Shown piece after piece: positions 53,712 to 62,921 of a stretch of 64,000 bases of DNA. The translations under genes were made by a program, and so were the position numbers. The stretch's first letter is position 1. The number at the start of each line of letters is the position of its first letter. Source of the stretch: an uncultured Fibrobacteria bacterium (GTDB taxonomy: Bacteria; Fibrobacterota; Fibrobacteria; UBA11236); NCBI GenBank assembly GCA_963716395.1, contig OY970309.1, positions 288,001-352,000 on the forward strand. Reading direction: 5' to 3'. Under the pieces are notes generated by a model, which saw nothing but the letters and a program-made list of their open reading frames with translations, was not told where the DNA came from and ran no database searches.

Positions 53712-56700
53712 ACGAGGTTGAATCATTGACTCCCAACGACACAACGCCAAGTGAACCACCACCGCTACCTCCCGCAGAAATCAGCAACTGACCCCAAAAG
53801 GCGTATCCCGCGGAATTCGAGGTGTCGACCTTAATCCAACAGGTTAGGGTGATATTGCTATTGGCGGTGGGGTAAGTGGGAGTGCCGAGATTGAGGTAGG
53901 TGGTTCCATCAAAACTCGCCGCACCGTTGGTGGTGCCTCTTGGGGAAGGAACCAGGGAAAGGGCCACCGGAGTGGTGCCATTGTTTTTGTTGAACCCATA
54001 GTCGGTGTAATCGCCGCTATTGAATTTGTACCACGACGCGGGGCCGAACATCACGATGGTGGTTGCGCTTCCTGATGTCGACCAATTTCCGGCCGCGTCT
54101 TCCTCTTGAACATAAAGCGTATGCGGACCATCCGAGATAACGGGCGCAATGGAGGTGCCTGCCACGGTCGTCGCTCCCGTGGTGAGATCGGTATTGTCGA
54201 ACTTGTAACGGTAATTACCAGATCCGCCATTTCCGCCTGAACCCCAACTCCAAGTGGGATTGGAGACGTAAACCCTGGAAGGCATGGCGGTTAACACCGG
54301 CGCGTTGGGAGGAATATTGTCCACCCGGTTTACGGTAACGGTGTATGTGGTTTTGGTGACGCCATCTGGGGCGGTCACGATGAGCGTGAAAGGCGTTGCT
54401 CCGTAATTCACCTTAACCGGAGTAGTCGCAACACCCGCAGAAAGGGAGCCGCCGTTCCAAGTCATGGTGGCTCCTGCTTGCGTGGGCGTGGCCTTCACCG
54501 AAATGGTCGAATCCGTGGTGTAATTGACGGCATAGGAGGTCACTCCAGCGGTCAAGGCGGGACTGAGGGCGCCAGGCGTTACGGTCAGCGTCGCCAACGA
54601 GGCATCCGAAGAAGCCGACCGGGTCATGCCGATGGCATAGGTGTTCGTCGTTCCATCCTGCGCGGTCACCACGACAAAAATCGAATCAACGCCCACGGCC
54701 AAAGGAATGGCGGCCGAAGCCACGCCGGAAGCCGTCGTGGTTCCATTGACGGTCAGCCGCGCCGTGGTGTCCGCCACCGTTGCCGTCACCGTAATCGAAC
54801 TCACGCTGTTGGCCACGATTTCTCCCGACACGCGTTTGGCCGGGTCAAAGGCCGGATTGTTCAGCGCTCCCGCGGAGGTCGTCAGCGCCGACAAATTGGC
54901 GTTGGAACTCTTGGCGCGCGTGATGCCGATAGCGTAAGTGTTCTTCGTACCGTCTTGCGCCGTCACCACCACGAAAATCGAATCGACGCCCACGGCCAGC
55001 GGAATGGCCGCCGAAGCCGCGCCCGACGTGGCCGCGGTTCCGTTGATGGTGACCCGCGCCGTGGTGTCCGCCACCGTCGCCGTCACCGTGGTCGAACTTG
55101 CGCTGTTCGCCACCGACGCGCCCGACACGCGGCTGGTGGAACTGAACGCCGGATTATTCAGCGTGCCCGCCGAAATCGTCAACGCCGAAAGATTGGCATT
55201 CGAACTGGCGGCGCGCGTTACGGCAATGACATAGGTCTTTTGCGTTGCGTCTTGCGCCGTCACCACGACGAAAATCGAATCAACGCCCACCGCCAGCGGA
55301 ATGGCCGCCGAGGCCGCGCCTGACGTGGCTGCGTTTCCATTGATGGTAAGCCGCGCCGTCGTATCTGCCACCGTCGCCGTCACCGTGGTCGAACTCACGC
55401 TGTTCGCCACCGAAGTGCCCGACACCCGGCTGGTGGAACTGAATGCCGGATTGTTCAGCGTTCCCGCCGAGATCGCCAAGGCTGACAGATTGGCGTTGGA
55501 ACTGGCATTGGGCGCGGCGCGCGTAATACCCATGGCATAGGTTTTCTGCGTGCTGTCTGGCGCCGTCACCACCACGAAAATCGAGTCGACGCCCACGGCC
55601 AGCGAAATCGGGGCCGAAGCCGCGCCTGACGCCGTCGCGGTTCCATTGATGGTGAGCCGCGCCGTGGTGTCGGCCACCGTCGCCGTCACCGTCGTCGAAC
55701 TTACGCTGTTCGCCACCGACGCGCCCGACACCCGCTTGGCCGGGTCGAAGGCCGGACTGTTCAACGTTCCCGCCGAGATCGTCAACGCCGACAGGGTGGC
55801 GTTCGAACTGGCATTGGGAGGCGCGCGCGTGATGCCGATGGCATAGGTTTTCTGCGTGCTGTCTGGCGCCGTCACCACGATGAAAATCGAATCGACGCCC
55901 ACGGTCAGAGGAATGGAAGCCGAAGCCACGCCCGACGCCGTCGCGGTTCCATTGATGGTGAGCCGCGCCGTGGTGTCGGCCACCGTCGCCGTCACCGTCG
56001 TCGCAGTTACGCTGTTCGCCACCGACGCGCCCGACACCCGTTTGGTCGAGTCGAAAGCCGGATTGTTCAAGGTTCCCGCCGAGATCGTCAACGCCGAAAG
56101 ATTGGCGTTGGAAGACGAAGTTCCGCTGTCGGCCACGGTCACGAAAACCGTATCGGTTTTGGTGGGATCTTTTTGCGAAGCCACGATGATACGGGCTTGT
56201 CCCACAGCCACCGGCGAAACCAAGGCATGAGTGGCATCGCCCGATTTGGATTGAACCGCGGCCACGCCCGGAGCGGTCGAAATCCAAGTTACGGCTTGGC
56301 TGACCTTGGAGGGCAGAACCGAAGACGAAATCTCCGCAGAGCTTCCGCCCTTTTTCAGGGTCAAGCTGTGCGGCGAGGCGTGTACCGAATCCACCGGGGC
56401 TACCGAGTCCACCACCACCGTGACGGTATTGGTCGGGCTTTGGCCGTCGTATTGGCGCACTTCCTGATAGACGGCCTGTCCATGCATGAATCCGGTGATG
56501 ACGATGTTCACCTTTTGCCCCTGGTAATTCTCAACTTGAATTTTGCTCACCTCACTGACCGAAGAGAGGTGTTGGTTGAAAATCGTGTCCCGGGTGCCGG
56601 CGGCGCTGTCTACCACTACGATTTGCACGATGTCGTATTTAGTGAAGGAACTGTCCACCTGGATGTTGAGGTAGGTATGGCCGCCATCCTGGGAAACCTG

Positions 56701-56778
56701 GCAGGCCCAAAACACCCCCATCACGGCCATCACCAGACCGAGAAGCGGCGCGCGCAGGGGCCGCTTACGGAACCACAT
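53548..56778 (-). CDS. Large surface lipoprotein: Ig-like domain, six cadherin-like beta-sandwich repeats, Ig-like domain and a LamG domain interrupted by a frameshift
   Basis: Lipobox VFWAC; SSNANLSAL...VTAxD...TY repeats; the LamG domain continues in another frame towards ~53425. Confidence 0.85.
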   Translation of the reverse strand: MWFRKRPLRAPLLGLVMAVMGVFWACQVSQDGGHTYLNIQVDSSFTKYDIVQIVVVDSAAGTRDTIFNQHLSSVSEVSKIQVENYQGQKVNIVITGFMHGQAVYQEVRQYDGQSPTNTVTVVVDSVAPVDSVHASPHSLTLKKGGSSAEISSSVLPSKVSQAVTWISTAPGVAAVQSKSGDATHALVSPVAVGQARIIVASQKDPTKTDTVFVTVADSGTSSSNANLSALTISAGTLNNPAFDSTKRVSGASVANSVTATTVTATVADTTARLTINGTATASGVASASIPLTVGVDSIFIVVTAPDSTQKTYAIGITRAPPNASSNATLSALTISAGTLNSPAFDPAKRVSGASVANSVSSTTVTATVADTTARLTINGTATASGAASAPISLAVGVDSIFVVVTAPDSTQKTYAMGITRAAPNASSNANLSALAISAGTLNNPAFSSTSRVSGTSVANSVSSTTVTATVADTTARLTINGNAATSGAASAAIPLAVGVDSIFVVVTAQDATQKTYVIAVTRAASSNANLSALTISAGTLNNPAFSSTSRVSGASVANSASSTTVTATVADTTARVTINGTAATSGAASAAIPLAVGVDSIFVVVTAQDGTKNTYAIGITRAKSSNANLSALTTSAGALNNPAFDPAKRVSGEIVANSVSSITVTATVADTTARLTVNGTTTASGVASAAIPLAVGVDSIFVVVTAQDGTTNTYAIGMTRSASSDASLATLTVTPGALSPALTAGVTSYAVNYTTDSTISVKATPTQAGATMTWNGGSLSAGVATTPVKVNYGATPFTLIVTAPDGVTKTTYTVTVNRVDNIPPNAPVLTAMPSRVYVSNPTWSWGSGGNGGSGNYRYKFDNTDLTTGATTVAGTSIAPVISDGPHTLYVQEEDAAGNWSTSGSATTIVMFGPASWYKFNSGDYTDYGFNKNNGTTPVALSLVPSPRGTTNGAASFDGTTYLNLGTPTYPTANSNITLTCWIKVDTSNSAGYAFWGQLLISAGGSGGGSLGVVSLGVNDSTSSPPFFGISLMQPFPRIHGPISREPLTALTSGYMSMALSCPPSPFPIRRLSRTAG
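54322..56115 (-). repeat. Intragenic tandem repeat, 5 near-identical units plus 1 diverged unit of about 297-306 bp
   Basis: Units start near 56115, 55809, 55503, 55206, 54909 and 54612; the core TVTATVADTTARLTINGT...VGVDSIF.VVTA recurs. Confidence 0.9.
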
Positions 56779-57349
56779 ACACCGTATCCCGGGCTTGCTT
56801 GTTTGAGCGCATGAGATAAAAGGCGGTCAACCCCAGCACCACCGCTCCGGCGCCGCCGGCCACCCAATACACGGTATGCGAAGATTTGTTTTCGTCGGGT
56901 GGAGTTTCCGGTTGGGGACCTGGGGCCGGCCGCCCGGCCGAGGCCACGGAGGGGGAACCAGGAACGCTTTTACCCAGGGATTGCAGGCGCAGGTCATACT
57001 CCGCTTTGACCCGGTCGAAAATGTGCTCGATTTCATCGCTGACGTACATGTCCAAGAGTTCGGCCGAGGGGACAAGTTCCAGCAGGCGGACCATGTAATA
57101 TTTGCCCTTTTCGCGCGTGTCGGGATTCGCGGAGTAAATGACCGAAAGATGTTTGGCGATGAAAACGCTGTCGGACCGATCATAGGTTTTGTTCCGCGCC
57201 ATGAAGCCGTTGAGCAGGGAAACCACCTGATCGAAATCGCCATCGTTGTAGAGTTTGTGGATGTGGGTGCGATCCAGCGTTTCGCCAAAAACCATTCCCA
57301 GACAAAAGAGGACTATCACGGGAACCAGTCTGCTAGTCTTCGGCAACAT
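56765..57349 (-). CDS. Hypothetical exported protein with Pro-rich linker and C-terminal TM anchor
   Basis: Signal peptide, helical domain, PAPGPQPETPP, YWVAGGAGAVVLGLTAFYL; overlaps the start of the adhesin gene. Confidence 0.75.
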   Translation of the reverse strand: MLPKTSRLVPVIVLFCLGMVFGETLDRTHIHKLYNDGDFDQVVSLLNGFMARNKTYDRSDSVFIAKHLSVIYSANPDTREKGKYYMVRLLELVPSAELLDMYVSDEIEHIFDRVKAEYDLRLQSLGKSVPGSPSVASAGRPAPGPQPETPPDENKSSHTVYWVAGGAGAVVLGLTAFYLMRSNKQARDTVYVVP

Positions 57350-57487
57350 GGAGGCAAACCTTCGGCAAGGGCGTGACTGGAATACAAATGACGGCGGCCT
57401 AGATATAAAAAACCGGGTTCCGCTCCCGCAATCCTGGGTGAACGCGAAATTCCGTCAAAATGACGACCCAGGAAATCCGAAATCGGT

Positions 57488-58978
57488 TTATTCCGGCTTC
57501 ATCAGCGGGAACAGCAGCACATCTTTGATATTGGGGCTGTCGGTGAGCAGCATGACCATGCGGTCGATGCCGATGCCCACGCCGCCGGTAGGGGGCATGC
57601 CGTACTCCAAGGCGCGCAGAAAATCCTCATCCAGCGGATGGGTTTCGTCTTCGCCGCCGCGGCCGCGCTCCACCTGCTCTTCGAGCAACTTGCGCTGCGC
57701 CAAGGGATCGTTCAATTCGGAATAGGCGTTGCCCACTTCCCAGCCGTTGATGTAAGGCTCGAATTGCTCGACCAAAGAAGGATCGCCGCGATGCGTCTTG
57801 CACAACGGCGTGCTTTCTTTGGGAAAATCGGTGATGAAAACCGGGCCTGCCAGTTTTTCCTCGCAACGCGCCTCGAACAGCGCCTTGATCGCCAGCCCGC
57901 GCAAATAATGTCCTTTCAATTCGACCGCGCTTTTTTTCAATTCGTTCTGCAAAGCCTCATCGCTCAGCGCGTCCACGTCGAAATCCGCGAATTTTTTCAG
58001 CGCCTCTTTGCAGGTTAATCGGGGCCAGGGCGGCTTGAGATCGAAAGTTTTTCCCTGAAAGGTGAAACGCGTTTCGCCGTGGGCGGCCACGCACGCGGCG
58101 GCGTAGACGTTTTCGAAATGGCCCATCATGTCGGTGTAATCGGCGAAGGCCTGGTAGAATTCCAGCAAGGTGAATTCGGGATTGTGGGTGCGATCGATGC
58201 CTTCGTTGCGGAAATCCTTGGCGAACTCGAACACCTTGGGAAAACCTCCCACGATGCAGCGCTTGAGATAGAGTTCGTTGGAGACGCGCAGGTAGAGCGG
58301 AATGTCGAGAGCGTTGTGGTGCGTGCTGAACGGCCGGGCATTGGCGCCGCCGTAAATGGGTTGCAGCACCGGCGTTTCGACTTCGAGATAGCCCTGCCCG
58401 AGCAAATAGTCGCGCACGGCCTGGAGAATGCGCGACCGCTGGAAAAACACGGCGCGCACCGGGTCGTTGAGGCTGAGATCGACATAACGCCGGCGATACC
58501 GCGTCTCCACATCGGTGAATTCGTCGAAAATCACCTTGCGGCCATCTTCGATTTTCTCCTTGGGAATGGGTAGCGGGCGCACCGCCTTGGACAAGAGTTC
58601 GACCGATTGCGCATGCACGGTGAACTCGCCCGTCTTGGTCGTGAACATGGGTCCGCGCACGCCCACCCAGTCGCCGATGTCGAGCAGCTTGACCAGTTCG
58701 AATCCGGCCTCGCCCACGGCGTCGCGGCCGAACATCACCTGCTGCCGGCCGGCGGCATCTTTGAGATGCACGAAGGCGATTTTGCCTTTGAGGTTGTAGC
58801 GCATGAGGCGGCCTGCAAAGGCCACTTCGGCCCCGGAAGCCAGCAGGGCTTCGCGCTCGCGCAGCAAAGCCGCCGTGTCATGCGTGGTGGCGAAGCGATA
58901 CGGATAGGGGTTGATGCCCAGCGCACGCAGGCGCTCCAGCTTTTCCAGCCGCGCCTCGACTTGATCATTGGTTTCCAT
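57488..58978 (-). CDS. lysS: Lysine--tRNA ligase (class II)
   Basis: EVETPVL, GGANARPF, LYLRVSNELYLKR, FRNEG...HNPEF, YGMPPTGGVGIGIDR. Confidence 0.98.
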   Translation of the reverse strand: METNDQVEARLEKLERLRALGINPYPYRFATTHDTAALLREREALLASGAEVAFAGRLMRYNLKGKIAFVHLKDAAGRQQVMFGRDAVGEAGFELVKLLDIGDWVGVRGPMFTTKTGEFTVHAQSVELLSKAVRPLPIPKEKIEDGRKVIFDEFTDVETRYRRRYVDLSLNDPVRAVFFQRSRILQAVRDYLLGQGYLEVETPVLQPIYGGANARPFSTHHNALDIPLYLRVSNELYLKRCIVGGFPKVFEFAKDFRNEGIDRTHNPEFTLLEFYQAFADYTDMMGHFENVYAAACVAAHGETRFTFQGKTFDLKPPWPRLTCKEALKKFADFDVDALSDEALQNELKKSAVELKGHYLRGLAIKALFEARCEEKLAGPVFITDFPKESTPLCKTHRGDPSLVEQFEPYINGWEVGNAYSELNDPLAQRKLLEEQVERGRGGEDETHPLDEDFLRALEYGMPPTGGVGIGIDRMVMLLTDSPNIKDVLLFPLMKPE

Positions 58979-59013
58979 GGGAATTGAAGAAGTTAGCAAC
59001 TCGGGGGTTACGC

Positions 59014-60130
59014 CTAGCCGGTGGGCGCGGCGCTTTTCTCCGCGTCCAGCGCCAACAAATAGGCGTTGACGAATCCGTCGAGATCGCCGTCGAGCACGCC
59101 CTGCGTGTCCGAGGTTTCGTAATCGGTGCGCACGTCTTTCACCAACTGGTAGGGTTGCAGCACGTAATTGCGGATTTGGCTACCCCATTCGATTTTCAAC
59201 TTGCTGGCCAGCTTGGCCTTTTGCCGCGCTTCTTCATCGTCCTTCTGCTTCTGGTACAGTCGTGCTTTCAGCAGCTTGAGCGCGCTGGCGCGGTTCTTGT
59301 GCTGGCTGCGCTCGCTTTGGCACGACACCACGATGCCACTCGGCAAATGCGTCATGCGCACGGCCGAATCGGTTTTGTTAATGTGCTGTCCGCCGGCGCC
59401 GCCGGCGCGGAAGGTGTCGACCTTGATGTCGTCCTCGTTGATTTCCAATTCCACGTCCTCGACATCGGGATACACGTGCACGGCCGCGAACGAAGTATGG
59501 CGCCGGGCATTGGCGTCGAAAGGCGAAATGCGCACCAGCCGGTGCACGCCGTTTTCGGATTTCAAATAGCCGTAGGCGTAGTCACCCGTGACTTCCAGGG
59601 TCGCGCTTTTGAGGCCGGCGTCTTCGGCCTGCTGCTCGTCGAGCACCTCGACCTTGAAGCCCTTTTTCCCCAGCCAATTCAGGTACATCCGCAACAGCAT
59701 GCGGGCCCAATCCTGGCTTTCGGTGCCGCCGGCGCCGGGATGAATGGAAAGAATGGCGGGCCGGGCGTCGTCTTCGCCCCCCAGCATTTTCTTGAGTTCG
59801 AGATCCGTCACGCGCTTTTCCAGGGCGTGCGCGCTTCGTTCCACATCTTGCAAGACCCCGGCGTCATTTTCTTCGAGCGCCAACTCGGCCAGGGCGGCGA
59901 GATCGCGCGTCTCGCGATCCAGGGCCTGCCACGCCGCAATCCAGCTTTGCAGGGTTTTGATTTGCCGTTGGATCGATTGGGCCTTGGCCACGTCGGCCCA
60001 GAATTCGGGCACCGCGGCCGCGCGTTCCAGCAGCGCTAACTGTTCCTGTTTGCCCGGAACGTCAAAGATACCCCCGGAGTTTGAGAACCCGTTGTTGCAA
60101 GGCGTCGATGCTTTCCATGTCCATTTCCAT
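59014..60130 (-). CDS. prfB: Peptide chain release factor 2 (programmed +1 frameshift)
   Basis: MEMDMESIDALQQRVLKLRGYL then CTT TGA C shift into DVPGKQ...; SPF and GGQ motifs. Confidence 0.97.
60061..60075 (-). other. prfB +1 frameshift cassette
   Basis: Minus strand GGGGG-TAT-CTT-TGA-C: internal SD, slippery codon and UGA. Confidence 0.95.
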
Positions 60131-60225
60131 CCCCCAAAATCGTTTGGCGCGGTCAAAGATAAACATTGCCGGGATGCGAAGTTTCCGCGGCAGTCGTCTC
60201 CGAACGATTTTTTTGGCGACGGGTT

Positions 60226-61014
60226 TTACCGATTCCCAATCGGCGCCGGGCGTGTCGGAATTCCCGCCGATGCCAGGGCCGCCTTGATGGCCGCGAGGGT
60301 GTAGGTCCCGTAATGCACCATGCTGGCCACCAAAGCCGCATCGGCTTTGCCCGCGCGCAACACCGCGGCCAAGTGTTCGGGTTTTCCCGCGCCGCCCGAA
60401 GCGATGACGGGAATGCCCACGGCCGCGGAAACCTTGCGGGTTAATTCCAATTCATACCCCGCTTGGGTGCCGTCCGCGTCGATGCTGTTGAGGCAGATTT
60501 CACCGGCCCCGAGGCTTTCGGCCTGGAGTGCCCATTCCACCGCGTCGCGGCGCATGGGCGTGCGCCCGCCGTGGATCACGACTTCATAGCCCGACGGAAA
60601 CGCGGGATCGGCACTGCGCCGCGCGTCCATTCCCAGCACCATGCATTGATTGCCGAAGGCGCGGGCGCCCGCGCGGATGATGTCGGGAGTCTGCACCGCC
60701 AGTGAATTCACGCTCACCTTTTCGGCGCCGGCCAGCAAGACGGCGCGCATGTCCCCGAGATGGCGGATGCCTCCGCCCACGCTGAAGGGAATGAACACCC
60801 GTTGCGCCACGGCGCGCACCATGTCGAGATCGATGGGCCGCTTTTCCGCCGACGCCGTGATGTCGTAAAACACCAGTTCGTCGACGCCGTCGCGATAATA
60901 CTGCTCGGCCATTTCCACGGGGTCGCCGAGATCGACGTTGCCTTCGAAGCGCACGCCCTTGGTCACCTTGCGGTTACGCACGTCGAGGCAGACGATGACG
61001 CGCCGGGTCAGCAC
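60226..61014 (-). CDS. hisF: Imidazole glycerol phosphate synthase cyclase subunit
   Basis: CLDV...[41 protein letters not shown]. Confidence 0.97.
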   Translation of the reverse strand: MLTRRVIVCLDVRNRKVTKGVRFEGNVDLGDPVEMAEQYYRDGVDELVFYDITASAEKRPIDLDMVRAVAQRVFIPFSVGGGIRHLGDMRAVLLAGAEKVSVNSLAVQTPDIIRAGARAFGNQCMVLGMDARRSADPAFPSGYEVVIHGGRTPMRRDAVEWALQAESLGAGEICLNSIDADGTQAGYELELTRKVSAAVGIPVIASGGAGKPEHLAAVLRAGKADAALVASMVHYGTYTLAAIKAALASAGIPTRPAPIGNR

Positions 61015-61048
61015 GCCGCGGCCTCCGAGCGCATCACGTTGCCCTCAA

Positions 61049-61672
61049 TCACAACGGTTCCCCATTCCAGGCGCTGAAATTCCGGAGCAGCCGCAATCCG
61101 TAGGGCCCGCTTTTTTCGACATGGAATTGGCAGGCCGCGAGATTACCCTTGGCCAGCAAGGCGGGAAAAACCGTGCCGGCGTATTCGGTTGTACCCAAGG
61201 CGAACGACGCATCCGCAGGCGCCGGATAATAACTATGCACGAAATAAAACTCGGCTCCGTCGGGAAGGCCGGCCAGCAACGGGTGGTTGCGCAGTTGCCG
61301 CACCTGGTTCCAGCCCATATGCGGCACTTTCACGCCGGGAAGCGCGGCGAAGCGGTGCACGCGGCCGGGCAAAAGTCCGAGACAGACTGTGCCGCCGTCT
61401 TCGTCGCTTTGGTCGAGAATCACCTGGCAGCCGATGCAGATGCCGAGAAAGGGCCGGCCGGTGGCGACGAAACCGCGCACGGCCGCATCCAGATGCAGGC
61501 GCCGCAGGTTTTCCATGGCCGCCCCCGCCGCGCCCACGCCCGGAAAGATCAGCCGTTCGGCCCCCGCCACGGCTTCGGGGTCGGAGGTGATGACGGTGTC
61601 GACGCCCACTTCGCGCAAGGCCCATCGCACCGAAGTGAGATTGCCCGCTTGGTAATCCACGAGGGTAATCAC
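61049..61672 (-). CDS. hisH: Imidazole glycerol phosphate synthase glutaminase subunit
   Basis: DYQAGNL.SV, FPGVG, GICIG.Q, KVPHMGWN, YFVHSY, QFHVEKS. Confidence 0.96.
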   Translation of the reverse strand: MITLVDYQAGNLTSVRWALREVGVDTVITSDPEAVAGAERLIFPGVGAAGAAMENLRRLHLDAAVRGFVATGRPFLGICIGCQVILDQSDEDGGTVCLGLLPGRVHRFAALPGVKVPHMGWNQVRQLRNHPLLAGLPDGAEFYFVHSYYPAPADASFALGTTEYAGTVFPALLAKGNLAACQFHVEKSGPYGLRLLRNFSAWNGEPL

Positions 61673-61733
61673 GGATTTAAATCTGCTTTTTGCGGGGCCA
61701 TGACGCGTTCTTGTCGCCCAACTCGGCGCCAAC

Positions 61734-62798
61734 TCAACCCGGGCGCGTCGTGAACTTGACCCGCGCGCTCAAGTCGGGGGCGGCTTCGGCCGGAACCTCG
61801 CCTTCGATTTCAAAACCCAAATCGCGGATCATCTCCAAATCCAAATGCGCGGCCTGGCCTTCGGTGGTCAGGTAATCGCCCACAAACAACGAGTTCGCCG
61901 CGTACAGCCCCAGCGGCTGCAGGCTGCGCAAATGCAGTTCACGCCCGCCGGCGATGCGGATCGACATGGCGGGGCATAAAAAGCGGAACAGGCACAACAC
62001 CTTAAGGCATTGCCTCGGCGTCAAGTCTCCCCGGCCGGAAAAGGGCGTGCCCGGCACCGGCACCAGAAAATTGACGGGAATCGATTCGACCTGCAACTCC
62101 CGTAACCGAAAGGCGACGTCGAGCACGTCCGCCTGCGTCTCGCCCATGCCCAGCAGCACGCCGCTGCACGTCGAAATGCCCGCCGCGCGCACCTTGCGCA
62201 CCGTGTCCAGGCGGTCGGAAAACCCGTGGGTTGTGCACACCTCGCCGTAATGGCGCTCCGAGGTGTTGAGGTTGTGGTTGTAGGCGTCGACCCCCGCGGC
62301 CTCCAGAGTTTCGGCCTGGCCGTCCTTGAGCAGGCCGAGACAGGCGCACAATTCGAGATCGGGATACTTGGCCTTGACCTGGCGCACGGCCGCAGCCACC
62401 GCGCCCACGTCTTTGTCGCTGGGCCCGCGCATGGCGGCCACCATGCACAGGCGCGAGGCCTGGTTGCGCACCGCGGTATCGGCCGCGGCCAGCACGTCTT
62501 CGGCATTGAGCAACCGGTACTTCTCCACCGGCGCCTCGGAAAGCCGCGACTGCGAACAATAGTGGCAGTCTTCGGGACAAATGCCGCTTTGGATGTTGAG
62601 CAAAAAATTCAGTTTGACCCGCTTGCCGAAGCCCGCTTTGCGCACCTGAAAAGCGGCATGCAGCAAGGGCAGGATTTCGTCGTCGGGCCATTGCAGCACC
62701 GACAGCGCTTCGTCGCGGGTCAATTCTTCGCCGCGCAAACTTTTCTCCGCCAACTCCAAGGCGAGTCCCGCCTGCGTCTCCGCCAAGATCGTATCCAT
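61734..62798 (-). CDS. bioB: Biotin synthase
   Basis: SGICPEDCHYCSQS, CACLG, YNHNLNTS, CSG...GMGE, SIPVNFL, IAGGRE, GDYLTT. Confidence 0.96.
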   Translation of the reverse strand: MDTILAETQAGLALELAEKSLRGEELTRDEALSVLQWPDDEILPLLHAAFQVRKAGFGKRVKLNFLLNIQSGICPEDCHYCSQSRLSEAPVEKYRLLNAEDVLAAADTAVRNQASRLCMVAAMRGPSDKDVGAVAAAVRQVKAKYPDLELCACLGLLKDGQAETLEAAGVDAYNHNLNTSERHYGEVCTTHGFSDRLDTVRKVRAAGISTCSGVLLGMGETQADVLDVAFRLRELQVESIPVNFLVPVPGTPFSGRGDLTPRQCLKVLCLFRFLCPAMSIRIAGGRELHLRSLQPLGLYAANSLFVGDYLTTEGQAAHLDLEMIRDLGFEIEGEVPAEAAPDLSARVKFTTRPG

Positions 62799-62921
62799 GG
62801 GCATTTCCTCCGGGAAGGGTTGAAATATAAAACCGCTGGGATCGCGCATACCGGGTGGAAAGTTCGCTTTCAACCGCTGCGCTCCGCCTTTCCCCAATTG
62901 CTACAGACCTTAGGGAGCCCC

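Noticed and set aside
54322-56115. Tandem repeats as a CRISPR array or diversity-generating retroelement
   Set aside because: The units are ~300-bp in-frame protein domains; there are no spacers, cas genes, reverse transcriptase or template repeat.
62818-62876. Inverted repeat GGTTGAAA...TTTCAACC upstream of bioB as a BirA operator
   Set aside because: Arm orientation and the ~40-nt spacer do not fit the BirA consensus.
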